From: Alphaproteobacteria bacterium
GTDB lineage: Bacteria; Pseudomonadota; Alphaproteobacteria; UBA828
Direction: 5' to 3'
Assembly (NCBI GenBank): GCA_965237415.1
Contig: CBDEFM010000001.1
Coordinates: forward strand, 576,001 to 640,000
Length of the DNA stretch: 64,000 bases
Shown piece by piece: positions 51,258 through 61,072 of the stretch (its first letter is position 1; every line of letters begins with the position of its first letter). The position numbers and the translations under genes are program-made. The notes beneath the pieces were generated by a model. The model ran no database searches and had not been told where the DNA came from. It was given only the letters and a program-made list of their open reading frames with translations.

Positions 51258-51581
51258 ATGCAGCCAGCCCAGGCGTTTTCCGGCAACGCAACCACGTTTC
51301 TCACGCACATCGTCGGCCGCGGCCTCGACGACGAGCGCTACGTCGTCGAGCGCTTCAAGTCGATGCTCGACGGCGACATCCGCCCCGTCGAGGCCGAGGC
51401 GCCGAAGGGCAAGCGCCGGCGCAAGGCCAGGCACACCCTCGCGTCCCGGGAGGAAGTGAAGGAGATGCGCCCTGGACGCAACGAGATCATCATCTGCACC
51501 GGCCTGCGCCTCAAGGGCGGCGTCCAGTACTGGGGAGTTTTCGCGACCTCTCTTTTCCACGACCGCCGGCAGAAGGGCTGA
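51258..51581 (+). CDS. hypothetical protein
   Basis: AAGGAG RBS and GC3-biased codons. Confidence 0.65.
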   Translation: MQPAQAFSGNATTFLTHIVGRGLDDERYVVERFKSMLDGDIRPVEAEAPKGKRRRKARHTLASREEVKEMRPGRNEIIICTGLRLKGGVQYWGVFATSLFHDRRQKG

Positions 51582-51667
51582 GCGCGCGCTCAGCGGACGT
51601 CCGGACGGCCCTGCGCCGGCCGGACGTCCTCCGCCTGGATATCGACACCGGCAGGGAGGACACCCCG

Positions 51668-52810
51668 ATGTGCGACCATGACCTCGAAGCGAGGCGCGCG
51701 CGCGACCTCGAGCGCTTCCACCGGCGCACCGCAGAACGCCGCGCCAAGGGCCTGTGCCTGAAGTGCGGCAAGCAGCCGCCCGCGGCCGGGCGCACCATGT
51801 GCGGCGCTTGCGCGGCGAAAAAGCGCCCCGCCGACCGCGAACGCTTCCATAGGCGCACCGCCGCGCGCATCGCCCAGGGCCTGTGCCCGAAGTGCGGGAA
51901 GCAGCCGCCCGCGTCCGGACTCATCCACTGCGAGCCCTGCACGGAGAAACGCAACCGGGCGAGCCGCGCCCGCGACGCCAGGCTCAGGGCCGCCGGCAAG
52001 CCGCGCCGTAACCTGGAGAAAGCGCGGGCGTACAACAAGAAGCACTCCCGGGAGACGGACGCCGAGCGCCGCGCCCGGGGGCTCTGCCCCAAATGCGGGA
52101 AAGAACCCCCGGCGCCGGGCCGGAGCATCTGCGCACCCTGCGGCGAGCAGCGCCGCGCCGACGCGCGTGCGCGTTACGCCGAGGCGAAGGCGGCGGGCAA
52201 GCTCTACGGCGGCCGCAACCCGGAGAGCCGGCGCCGGCTCGCGCGCGAGAAGAGCCGCAGGCGCATGCTCGCGCGCCTCGATGCGGGCCTGTGCACCTAT
52301 TGCGGCAGGCGGCCCCCGGTCGAGGACGGCGCGACCTGCGAGCCGTGCCGCGAGGCGCGCCAGGCGGCCGAGCGCCGGATTTACGCCGAACGCCGGGCCA
52401 GGGGTCTCTGCACCCGCTGCGGCGTGCCGACCTTCGATGGGGTCTCGCGCTGCGCCGTTTGCGCCGTGCGGGAGTCCGAACGACAGGACCGGAAGAACGC
52501 CGCCAACCGCCGGCGCTATGCCGAACGGCGCGCGCAGGGCCTGTGCACCACGTGCGGCCAGCCCTCGGTGGGGGCAGCGGAGTGTCCTCCGTGCGCGAAG
52601 CGTTCGTACGAGCGCTCGGATTACCACCGCGGCATGCCGGTCTATCCCCCGAGCTACACCGTCATCGAATTGGCGACGGGGACCGACCACGGGACGTATG
52701 ACAGCGAGGCCGACGTGTCGTTGTGCCTCGCGTTTGCGCGCCTGTCCCGCGACCAGGTGGAGGTGATTGCCGACGCCCCCGAGGTGATGCGGTTCGCCGC
52801 CTGGGAATGA
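51668..52810 (+). CDS. Arg-rich protein with six C4 zinc-finger repeats
   Basis: GGGAGGA RBS; six GLCxxCG-(8-10 aa)-CxxC units separated by basic helices. Confidence 0.82.
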   Translation: MCDHDLEARRARDLERFHRRTAERRAKGLCLKCGKQPPAAGRTMCGACAAKKRPADRERFHRRTAARIAQGLCPKCGKQPPASGLIHCEPCTEKRNRASRARDARLRAAGKPRRNLEKARAYNKKHSRETDAERRARGLCPKCGKEPPAPGRSICAPCGEQRRADARARYAEAKAAGKLYGGRNPESRRRLAREKSRRRMLARLDAGLCTYCGRRPPVEDGATCEPCREARQAAERRIYAERRARGLCTRCGVPTFDGVSRCAVCAVRESERQDRKNAANRRRYAERRAQGLCTTCGQPSVGAAECPPCAKRSYERSDYHRGMPVYPPSYTVIELATGTDHGTYDSEADVSLCLAFARLSRDQVEVIADAPEVMRFAAWE

Positions 52811-52949
52811 GCGGTCGCCCCACGCCGGCCGCATCGCCGTCCCGTCCATCGAGCCAGAGAGAAGCGAGCGCCGGGCGAACGCCCGGTGGAAGAGAGGGAG
52901 ACGGTCTCCTTCGCTGCCGGGCGCGGCAACCGCACAGGAGTCCTCAGCC

Positions 52950-53105
52950 ATGTTCGATTTCAGTTCCGACTACGACCCCGTTACCCCAGCCACCGGCGAA
53001 CTCATCGCGGAATTGGGCCTGGACGAACGTACCGTCCGCGACGCCCTGGCCGAAGACCGCGCCCGCCGCTGCCCGGACCGCGAGGCGCCGACGGCCGAGA
53101 GGTAG
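52950..53105 (+). CDS. small acidic protein (51 aa), below the ORF-track cutoff
   Basis: AGGAG RBS; MFDFSSDYDPVTPATGELIAELGLDERTVRDALAEDRARRCPDREAPTAER*. Confidence 0.55.
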   Translation: MFDFSSDYDPVTPATGELIAELGLDERTVRDALAEDRARRCPDREAPTAER

Positions 53106-53208
53106 AGAGGGGCTTTAGAGAAGATGAACGGGAAGGGGCCGGTGAGAGAAGCCGGTCCCGACCGTTCGCGAACCCATCGTCATCATCCAGACCTGAAGGA
53201 GCATCGTC

Positions 53209-53676
53209 ATGAGCTTCGGAATCAATCGCGTGGAACTCATCGGCCGCCTCGGCGCGGACGTCACCGTCAACCATCTCGCATCGGGGGGCCGCGTGGCCAA
53301 TCTCAGCATTGCGACCGACGAGAGCTATATCGAAAAAAACTCGGGCAACAAGGTCGACAAGACCGAATGGCACCGCATCGTGACCTTCCAGGACGGCCTC
53401 ATCGACATGCTGGAGCGCCACGCGAAGAAGGGCCGCCTGGTCCACGCCGAGGGCAAGCTCCAGACCCGGCGCTGGTCGAAGCCCGGCGAGGACTCCGACC
53501 GCTTCTCGACCGAGATTCTGGTCGTCCCCGGTCACAGGGTCCAGTTTCTCGACAAGCCGAACGGCAACGGGGCGGCGGCCCAGCCGGAGCAAGCGCCCGC
53601 GAACGGTTCGGCGATGCCGGCCGGCGGCGCCCCGGCGCAGGTCGACGACCTGGGGTCGGACGAAATTCCGTTCTGA
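53209..53676 (+). CDS. ssb: single-stranded DNA-binding protein
   Basis: INRVELIGRLGAD, KTEWHRIV, EGKLQTRRW, C-terminal DEIPF. Confidence 0.95.
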   Translation: MSFGINRVELIGRLGADVTVNHLASGGRVANLSIATDESYIEKNSGNKVDKTEWHRIVTFQDGLIDMLERHAKKGRLVHAEGKLQTRRWSKPGEDSDRFSTEILVVPGHRVQFLDKPNGNGAAAQPEQAPANGSAMPAGGAPAQVDDLGSDEIPF

Positions 53677-53708
53677 GGAGCCCTTTCTTCCATCCTCCCT
53701 CCCGACTG

Positions 53709-53739
53709 GACCGGCGCTTCGGCGTCGGTCCTTTTTTTG
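53709..53739 (+). terminator. rho-independent terminator after ssb
   Basis: GGACCGGCGC-TTCG-GCGTCGGTCC followed by a T run. Confidence 0.8.
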
Positions 53740-53911
53740 CTGCCGGATTCGAGTCCGCTGCCGTCCGGGCCTCGCGCCCGCGCTTCGCGCGGCTCGCGTC
53801 GCCCTCCGGCGCCGGCGAGAGGCCGGGCCGGCCGGTATCGGGGCGTCCCCCGCCGAGCCAGAGGAGCTCCATCATGCCGACATTGTGTTTCGCATCCGCC
53901 CGAGCGGCGTC

Positions 53912-54949
53912 GTGAACGCCGCCGCCGTCGCCGCCGCGCTGGGCGCGCGCGCCGAGGCCGTGTGCCGGGCGTATCTACCCCACGGCAGGAAGCAGGGCCG
54001 CTACTGGGTCGCGGGCGACCTCGACGGCGCCCGTGGCCGCTCGCTCTACGTCCGCCTCGCCGGCCCCGGCACGCCGGGGAAGTGGACCGACGCGGCACAA
54101 GGGACGCACGGCGACCTGCTCGACCTCATCCGCCACCGCTCGTGCGCGCCGACGCTGCGCGCGGCGCTCGACGAGGCCCGCGCCTTCCTCGCCCTGCCGG
54201 CTGCGCCGGCCGCGGGCGAGGGCGACAGCTACGACGCGACGGAAGCGGCACGCCGCCTGTGGCGGCGCTGCCGCACCATCGACGGCACGCACGCGGAGCG
54301 CTACCTCCATGCCCGGTGTCTCGCGCGCTGCCGCTTCGCGGCGCTGCGCTACCACCCCGAGCTTCGCTACCGCGAAGGCTCGACGGTGGGCCGCCTGCCG
54401 GCGCTGGTCGCCGCCGTGACCGGCGACGACGGCGCCGTCACCGGCGTGCAGCGCACCTGGCTCGACCCCTGCTCGCCCGCCAAGGCGGGCATCGCGACGC
54501 CGAGGAAGGCGCTCGGGCGGGTCTACGGACGCGCCGTGCGCTTCGGCACCGTCCCCGCCGACGGCCTCGCTTCGCTCGTCGTCGGCGAGGGCATCGAGAC
54601 CGTGCTATCCGTCGTCACCGCCATGCCGGACATCACCGCGGCGGCGGCGCTGTCCGCCGGGAGCCTCGGCGCTTTCGCGCCTCCGCCCGGCGTCGCGCGC
54701 TTGGTCATCGCACACGACAACGACATTGAAGGCGAGCAGGCGGCGATGCGCCTCGCCCGGCGCTGCGCGCGGGCGGGCGTCGCCACCATCGTCGTCGTCC
54801 CCGAGGGTGGGGACTTCAATGACGATTTGGTCACGCACGGTCCTGCCGCGCTCGCCGCGCGGCTCGGCCCGCTCCTCCGCTTCGCGGGAGCCCACGACCG
54901 GCGCGCGCTACCCCCGAGCGAGACAAGCGGGAAGCGATGCGGCGGGTGA
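53912..54949 (+). CDS. toprim-domain protein (plasmid/ICE primase-like)
   Basis: YWVAGD..G..G.SL.V.L, GKWTDAA, GVQRTWL, VGEGIET, IAHDND, GDFNDDL. Confidence 0.85.
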   Translation: MNAAAVAAALGARAEAVCRAYLPHGRKQGRYWVAGDLDGARGRSLYVRLAGPGTPGKWTDAAQGTHGDLLDLIRHRSCAPTLRAALDEARAFLALPAAPAAGEGDSYDATEAARRLWRRCRTIDGTHAERYLHARCLARCRFAALRYHPELRYREGSTVGRLPALVAAVTGDDGAVTGVQRTWLDPCSPAKAGIATPRKALGRVYGRAVRFGTVPADGLASLVVGEGIETVLSVVTAMPDITAAAALSAGSLGAFAPPPGVARLVIAHDNDIEGEQAAMRLARRCARAGVATIVVVPEGGDFNDDLVTHGPAALAARLGPLLRFAGAHDRRALPPSETSGKRCGG

Positions 54950-55006
54950 ACGCCGTTGAAGGCGAGAGAGAGTCCCGACGACACCATCATGCAAGGAGAC
55001 ACGACC

Positions 55007-55237
55007 ATGGGTTCTATCCGCTTCAAACGAATCTCGCCCGAGGAGTCCCGCATTTACACAGCCGACGGTGAGCATGTCGGCGACGTCTACGTCCACGACG
55101 ACATCCTCAATCCCGGTGCGCGGGTCTTCCTGATCTCCCTCGACGAAGATCCGCGCGGCTGGGTCCGCGTCAACGACCGCTCCCAAATCCGCGACATCAC
55201 CGAACAGCGGCTCCGCACTCATCCCTTGTTCACCTGA
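55007..55237 (+). CDS. small hypothetical protein (76 aa)
   Basis: AAGGAG RBS; globular composition. Confidence 0.65.
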   Translation: MGSIRFKRISPEESRIYTADGEHVGDVYVHDDILNPGARVFLISLDEDPRGWVRVNDRSQIRDITEQRLRTHPLFT

Positions 55238-55265
55238 GGGCGGGATGCTTCGCACAGAAGGGGTT

Positions 55266-55380
55266 GGGCACGTCGCTTCGCGACCGGGCTACCCTGCCGA
55301 GCCCGCTGCGCGGTCTCGTCCCTGCGGGCGGGTATCCCTCGTGCCTCCGCTCGCGAGCTCGCTGCGCGCTCCGCTTACCA
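55266..55380 (+). repeat. ~110-bp structured repeat, copy 1 (candidate ssDNA promoter/ssi)
   Basis: CGTCGCTTCGCGACCGGGCTACCCTGCCGAGCCCGCTGCGCGGTCTCG...CGGGCGGGTATCCCTCG recurs at 57032-57145. Confidence 0.75.
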
Positions 55381-55728
55381 AAGAAAAAAGCGGGGGTGGT
55401 GGGGTTCCTAACAATTACTCCTCCCGACATCTTCGCATTGTCCCACACGTGCTCACTGCGCCAACCCGCTAACGCGGGTCCTCCACTCCGCTGCGCTCCG
55501 TTCCGGCCGGGACTCGCAATGAAACGGCGCTGCGCGCCTAGGCCCGATGGTGCGCGCGACCGTGGCTCAGTCGCTTCGCTCCCTGCGCCCGCACCACTCG
55601 CGCACACCACCGCGCCATTCATTCCGGCCCCGGTGGCTCCGCTGCGCGCGCGTGAATCAATACGAACACGTCGGGAGGGTCCGGCGCACAGGGCCAGATG
55701 GCTCATCACTTCCTTTCAGGAGAGCATC

Positions 55729-56649
55729 ATGCACATCATCGACAACATCGAGCACAGCGAACAGTCCGTGACGGCGACCGTCTGCGAGAACGCCCAGCTC
55801 TTCGGCGCGAAGCCCGAGCGCGGCGAGTTCGACCCCCGCGAAGTCTGGGACGAAGACGACGCCACATGCGCGGTGAGCGAAGCGTTCCGCATCCTCGCCG
55901 AAGGGGTCGGGCCGGACGGGTTCCAGATGGCCGACGAACGCGAGAGCCTCCTCTGGGGGTTCGTGAACACCTTCGACGCTCAGGTCCGCAGACTCGACCG
56001 CAGCGTCGACCGCCTCAGCCCCGAGCTGCGCGACCTCCAGAGCTCCCAGGACGGCTCCGAAATCAAGTCCCGCGAGCTCGAGCTGGTCACCGACCGCGCC
56101 CAGAACCTCGGCGACCGGCGCGACGCCTTCGAGAAGATGCGCGACGCAGTGGCCGACGCCTACCGCGCAGAGACCGGCGACACCTGGCGACCGCGACGCG
56201 GCTCCAACGTCTCGCAGACCGGACACCTCACCTCGGCGGCCATCGACGCCCGCGACTTCATGCGCGCGAGGAAGGACCGCGAGACCAGGGCGCACCTGCC
56301 CGAGGGAACGCTGGTCGCCATCGCGGGCGGCAAGCAGGTCACCGACGCGAACGCCGTCATCGACCGCCTCGACAAGGCCAAGGCGAAGTACGCGGACATC
56401 ATCCTCGTGCACGGCGGCGGCCCCGGCGTCGAGCGCATCGCGGCGCAGTGGGCAGAGCGGAACGGCGTCCACCAGGTGGTCTGCAAGCCGGACTGGAACG
56501 CACACGGACGGGCCGCTCCGTTCCGGCGCAACGACGAGCTGCTGAACCTCCTCCCGAAGGGCGTCATCGCCTTCCCCGGCTCCGGCATCACCGACAACCT
56601 GGTCGACAAGGCCGTGAAGCTCGGCATCCCGGTCATGCGGGCCGCATAG
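55729..56649 (+). CDS. DUF2493 (YspA/SLOG) domain protein
   Basis: CAGGAG RBS; LLWGFVN.F, TSAAIDARDF, VAIAGG, LVHGGG.G.E.IA..WA, GRAAPFRRND, IAFPGSGIT.NL. Confidence 0.85.
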   Translation: MHIIDNIEHSEQSVTATVCENAQLFGAKPERGEFDPREVWDEDDATCAVSEAFRILAEGVGPDGFQMADERESLLWGFVNTFDAQVRRLDRSVDRLSPELRDLQSSQDGSEIKSRELELVTDRAQNLGDRRDAFEKMRDAVADAYRAETGDTWRPRRGSNVSQTGHLTSAAIDARDFMRARKDRETRAHLPEGTLVAIAGGKQVTDANAVIDRLDKAKAKYADIILVHGGGPGVERIAAQWAERNGVHQVVCKPDWNAHGRAAPFRRNDELLNLLPKGVIAFPGSGITDNLVDKAVKLGIPVMRAA

Positions 56650-56661
56650 CCGCACCGCCTC

Positions 56662-56702
56662 GAAGGGCCGCGTCGCTTCGGCGGCGTGGCCCTTTCTTTT
56701 TG
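56662..56702 (+). terminator. rho-independent terminator
   Basis: AAGGGCCGCGTCGC-TTCG-GCGGCGTGGCCCTT followed by TCTTTTT. Confidence 0.75.
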
Positions 56703-57031
56703 GTCGTCACCACGAGCCCCGCCACCACCGCCTTCGCTTCGCGCGTCGCCTGCGGCGCCGCGCTACGCGGCGGCTACGCCGCTCTTCCCCGCCATCGTCT
56801 CGCGCACTTGCCGAGTCAGCAACGCCAGCACGTGCGTCTTCACGATGTTGCACCGCTCAGCGACAATGAACGCTCGCCGCTGCTGTCGTCGACCCCGACG
56901 ATGTTGCTCACGCTGCCGATGTTAGTGACGGTGAGTAAGACTGCGATGGTGCAGTCGGCGATGGTGACGATGTTGTTGGCGATGACGGTTCAGAAGATGG
57001 TGATCGAGGCGGGTGTCCATACGACAAGGCT

Positions 57032-57145
57032 GGGCGCGTCGCTTCGCGACCGGGCTACCCTGCCGAGCCCGCTGCGCGGTCTCGACCCTTCGGGCGGGTA
57101 TCCCTCGCGCCTCCGCGCGCTTCGCGCGCTGCGCACTCCGTTTGC
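57032..57145 (+). repeat. ~110-bp structured repeat, copy 2
   Basis: Direct repeat of 55266-55380 with scattered substitutions. Confidence 0.75.
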
Positions 57146-57687
57146 CCGGCGGCTCGCTGCGCTCCCCGCCGAGTGCCGGGCCGACACGGTCGTGGTCACG
57201 TTCGACGGCATCGGCAACGTCACCGCCGTGTCCTCTTCGCGACGGCGCTACGCGCCGCGCTCGTCGCGGAACTCGCTTCGCTCGCCCTGGCTGGCTACGC
57301 CGGCTGCGGGCTTCGCCTCGGCTCGTCGCCGTCGCACTCCGTGCGTCGCCGGTGCCGGCTTCGCCGTGCACCGCGCTGCGCTCCGCGCCGGGCAGTCGTG
57401 CCCGCACAAGTGCGGACACTTCCGCCAGCGCTTCCGCCGCCGTGCTCCGCACGACCCCGTGCAGTACCCTCGGCGCTTCCGCCCGCTCAAACGCCGCGGC
57501 GGCTCCGACCCGCCGGCTTCGCCGGCGTCGATTCCCCCATCGCTCATACCGCAGATTTGGCCGTTCCGTACCGCCGGGGCGGCCTTGGATTCCACACCCG
57601 ACGCATCGATGATGCAGGCTGCGGCATAGTCGATCATGGCTGCGATAGACTGCGCTCCATCATGATCGCGCGCACGGGAGCGCGCGT

Positions 57688-57852
57688 TTGACATGCCGGA
57701 AAAAGTTGCCACCGATCGGTGGCACGAAGTCCATGCAAAAAACGGAAAAACACCACGACAAATCAAGGCTTTGAGAGGCTTGCCACCGATCGGCGTCACA
57801 GCGTACTACGGCAGTTCTCTGGAGCTTTCCTGCGCGCCTCCATTCGGTGGCA
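57688..57852. promoter_or_regulatory. palindromic operator cluster, candidate oriT/promoter
   Basis: TTGACA at 57688; perfect 18-bp palindrome TGCCACCGATCGGTGGCA at 57707-57724; partial copies at 57781 and ~57844. Confidence 0.55.
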
Positions 57853-58025
57853 CCGCCAATTGCGCCATGCGACGACACCGCCCTGTCGCCAACCATCGAA
57901 CCTGGCATCGGTTCAGCCAACATGAGGGCATCCGTATGGGTTGAAAGGCGCCGAATTCGCGCATAATTTTGGAGCAAAGAGCCTCCGTTCCTGGAACAAA
58001 TTGAGACGAAAGGCGGCTGAAACCC

Positions 58026-58394
58026 ATGGCAGATTCCACAGAAAAGAGCGTGAAAAAGAACATCCGCGTGAGCCCGGAGCAATGGCAACGGATCGAAAGC
58101 GCCGCCGCGGGGACCGCCCTGACCGCCAACCAGCTCCTGATGGAGCTAGCGATCGAGGCGCTGAACCGTCGCGAACGACCGCAGACCGTGGCGGAAATCC
58201 GCGTCGCGCGGGCCTCGCTGTTCACCGCACAGGCCATCGCGCGCGATCTAATCGCGGCCGGGCGAGAGAAGGAAGTCGAGGAAATACGCGGCTTCATCTC
58301 GACAATCGTGCCCGACGTGACGCCGCACGCACCAGACCCGGATCAGGCCGGCGGTCCGTCAGGCTCAAGGGGCGACGAGACTTCGCAGCGCTAG
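58026..58394 (+). CDS. ribbon-helix-helix protein (TrwA-like relaxosome accessory candidate)
   Basis: KSVKKNIRVSPEQWQRIESAAAGTALTANQLLMELA. Confidence 0.65.
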   Translation: MADSTEKSVKKNIRVSPEQWQRIESAAAGTALTANQLLMELAIEALNRRERPQTVAEIRVARASLFTAQAIARDLIAAGREKEVEEIRGFISTIVPDVTPHAPDPDQAGGPSGSRGDETSQR

Positions 58395-58567
58395 CACATG
58401 TCCGCCGCAGCGATCCGGCGTATCCACTCGCCGATGCTGAGTTCGGAATCCGGTCGACGAACCGCACTGCTTGCGCACCGTCGGTCGCCCAGAAACCCGC
58501 GAACGCTGTGGACCAGCCACCATACCGGCATCAACCCAATTGTCATTGACCCAACCTGGAGAGGCCG

Positions 58568-59923
58568 ATGCGTTTTCTGACTGGAACCGACATTCAGCGC
58601 GAGGTCGTGAAAATCATGAGCCGGACCGGTGAGGTCATGGCGGCAGTCGCGTATTGGGGTGACGGCGCGTCGGAACGCACCGGGATCACGAGGAAAAAGC
58701 ATCGCAACAAGGCCCGGGTCATCTGCGATCTCCTCAGCGGAGCGTGCAACCCGGCCGAAGTCGAGAAACTGATGAAGCTCGGCGTTCAGGTCAAGACTTT
58801 GGACCGCCTCCACGCCAAGGTCTGGATCGCCGGTGACGACGTCATTCTGGGTTCTGCAAATGCGTCGAAGAACGGTCTTCCCGATACAGACCAGGACACG
58901 CCGAGAGCGAATGTCGAAGCCGCCATCCTGTCCAGAGACCGAAGCCTTTCTCAAGAAATGCAAGGATGGTTCGAGACCCGATGGCAAGCATCCACCGCCA
59001 TCGACAAGGAGATTCTGGACCGAGCCAGGGCAGCGTGGGAACACCGCAACAGGTTCAGCGGCCGCGCCTTCACCACCACACTCATGCACAAGTTCTGGAA
59101 TCCCCAACCTCCGGACAAGTTTTCAGGTCTCCGTCTCGTCGCGTACCAGGAAAAAGACTGGAGCAAGGACGCTAAGCGATTCCTCGGAGAAAAAGCGAGG
59201 CTTCACTATTCCGACGAAGAGTTGGCGGAACTGAACGGCGACGCCCCTTTCTACGAATGGCCGCGTCCCCATCCCCGCTGGAACCCCGGCGCGGGAACAG
59301 TGCTGATGGATTTCAGTTGCAAGAGGAAACGCGGACGTTTCATCTCCAACGGTTTTTGGTCCGTGCGCGACTGCCCGCCCGTCACGCTGGCGAATTCCAG
59401 ACTGACCCTCTTGACGAAACTGCCGCATTTCAATGGCTATTCGATTTCCGCCAAGGAAAAAACCGAGATCGCCGAGGCTATCAAGCGTTTCGTCGCAAGC
59501 CGTGATTTTCGTGTCGATAACTTCGACTTCCACATCGATATGGATTTCCTCGAATTCTGTCGATCGGAATCCACACTGCTGAAACGGCGGCTGGTCGAAC
59601 AGGCCGTCGAAACGGCGAAGGATCTGTGCCGGGCCGGCCGGTTCGACCGCGCACTCACGCTCAATACAATCAGGCACTGCATGGAAGACCGGACATGGCT
59701 GAACGACTACGCAGAGTATGTCGGTGGCTCCATTTACGAACGCGGCAACCCCCGGAAGAAGGGCATCAACCTTGAGCTCGGACGACGTATTCGCGCCGGT
59801 ATCGGCGCAACGATCCAGACCGACGACAACGGAAAACGGGCCAAGGTGACCGTGGCAGGCGAAATTATTCAAAGCTATACGCCACTGACGGGCTACCGTG
59901 CTGCGGCTGTCATCGCACGCTAG
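58568..59923 (+). CDS. PLD-domain (single HKD) nuclease-like protein with long C-terminal extension
   Basis: AAVAYWG, CDLLSGACNP, LHAKVWIAGDDVILGSANASKNG, NVEA. Confidence 0.8.
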   Translation: MRFLTGTDIQREVVKIMSRTGEVMAAVAYWGDGASERTGITRKKHRNKARVICDLLSGACNPAEVEKLMKLGVQVKTLDRLHAKVWIAGDDVILGSANASKNGLPDTDQDTPRANVEAAILSRDRSLSQEMQGWFETRWQASTAIDKEILDRARAAWEHRNRFSGRAFTTTLMHKFWNPQPPDKFSGLRLVAYQEKDWSKDAKRFLGEKARLHYSDEELAELNGDAPFYEWPRPHPRWNPGAGTVLMDFSCKRKRGRFISNGFWSVRDCPPVTLANSRLTLLTKLPHFNGYSISAKEKTEIAEAIKRFVASRDFRVDNFDFHIDMDFLEFCRSESTLLKRRLVEQAVETAKDLCRAGRFDRALTLNTIRHCMEDRTWLNDYAEYVGGSIYERGNPRKKGINLELGRRIRAGIGATIQTDDNGKRAKVTVAGEIIQSYTPLTGYRAAAVIAR

Positions 59924-60100
59924 CGGCCAGGTCCAGCCAGAGCGCCGCACGGCCGGTCCCCAGATCCAGCCGTTACACCTGCTTTCCGCAGCGTCTGAGC
60001 GGCAAGCATGACGCGACTCAGCAAGCCATACGCGACCGGCCTCAAAACCTTCCGCTGCGATTTCCGCACCACGCAGCGTTCCTCATCCGTCTCTCGACCG

Positions 60101-61072
60101 TCAGCGGAAATACGGACCGGCTACCCCTTCCACAAACGTCCGGTACGCTTCACGGAGCGCCGTGCTGGCGGCAAGGACCTTCGTGCCTTGCTCAACAATA
60201 TCGGATGCCGCGTCCATACGCTCTGCCGCAACGCGTATTCTCAGCTCCCGGAGCTGTGAGTTCTCGGCAACGAATCGATCCAGAGTTTGCCGTATGCCTT
60301 GCGCACCCGCAGGCCCCAAATCTTCAACCAGCTGATGGTCCTTGGTCGAATTTATGAATTCCTCCAGGTTGGTCGGACCGGACGTCCCGTACCTTGAGGC
60401 ATGATGGAAGAAAAACGTCTCGACATGTCGGCGAAACTCCAGATGTCGTTCGTACGTTGATAGTGAGCCACGCCGCATGTAAGGCCATGCTTCATTTACG
60501 CTTTTCTGATACGCTCGCCAGACCGGATCTTCGTGGACAGGATGACCCATAATTCCACCTGACTCGTGGTCCGGTAAATCCAGCCAAAACATGGGCGGGC
60601 TCAATTTCCTCAACGCTTCAGACAGGTCCTTCACCGCGGTGTCCTCGGGACCGGATCCCGTTTCCTGACTGCTCGCGCGTTCCAGCTTCCTGTTGATATC
60701 TTCCACTTCCAATACCCATCCCTGGTGATCGTGGAATTTCGTGGCGAACAAGGCGATGTGTCCATAGTCCCGCAGCCTTTCGTCGCCAAGCCTCCACACC
60801 GCCGCCAGCGTGACCTTCTGCGCGATTTCCGCGTTTCGTTTCAGTTCCTCCTCGGTTGCAGTCGCTTTTGAACGAAGCTCATCCAGGAGCCTGTCGCCCA
60901 ACGTGGTCCCAAAGATTGTGTAGCAGGTCACAAGAGCTATCGCGAACGTCGACCACGCTTGAATAACTTCCGTCCATCGTCTCTTTCGAAGCCAAGACCA
61001 AGTGTTCGCCAGCCGCCTTCTTGACGTCCTGTCCGTCGCTCTTGTCTCTTCCGTTTCTTCTTTCTGATCCAA
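60101..61072 (-). CDS. hypothetical membrane-anchored protein
   Basis: 323-aa ORF in lower-GC DNA; hydrophobic WSTFAIALVTCYTIFG near the N-terminus. Confidence 0.65.
   Translation of the reverse strand: MDQKEETEETRATDRTSRRRLANTWSWLRKRRWTEVIQAWSTFAIALVTCYTIFGTTLGDRLLDELRSKATATEEELKRNAEIAQKVTLAAVWRLGDERLRDYGHIALFATKFHDHQGWVLEVEDINRKLERASSQETGSGPEDTAVKDLSEALRKLSPPMFWLDLPDHESGGIMGHPVHEDPVWRAYQKSVNEAWPYMRRGSLSTYERHLEFRRHVETFFFHHASRYGTSGPTNLEEFINSTKDHQLVEDLGPAGAQGIRQTLDRFVAENSQLRELRIRVAAERMDAASDIVEQGTKVLAASTALREAYRTFVEGVAGPYFR

Noticed and set aside
57640-57660. GTCTAT-containing resemblance to the R388 nic site on the minus strand
   Set aside because: The match is too short to call.
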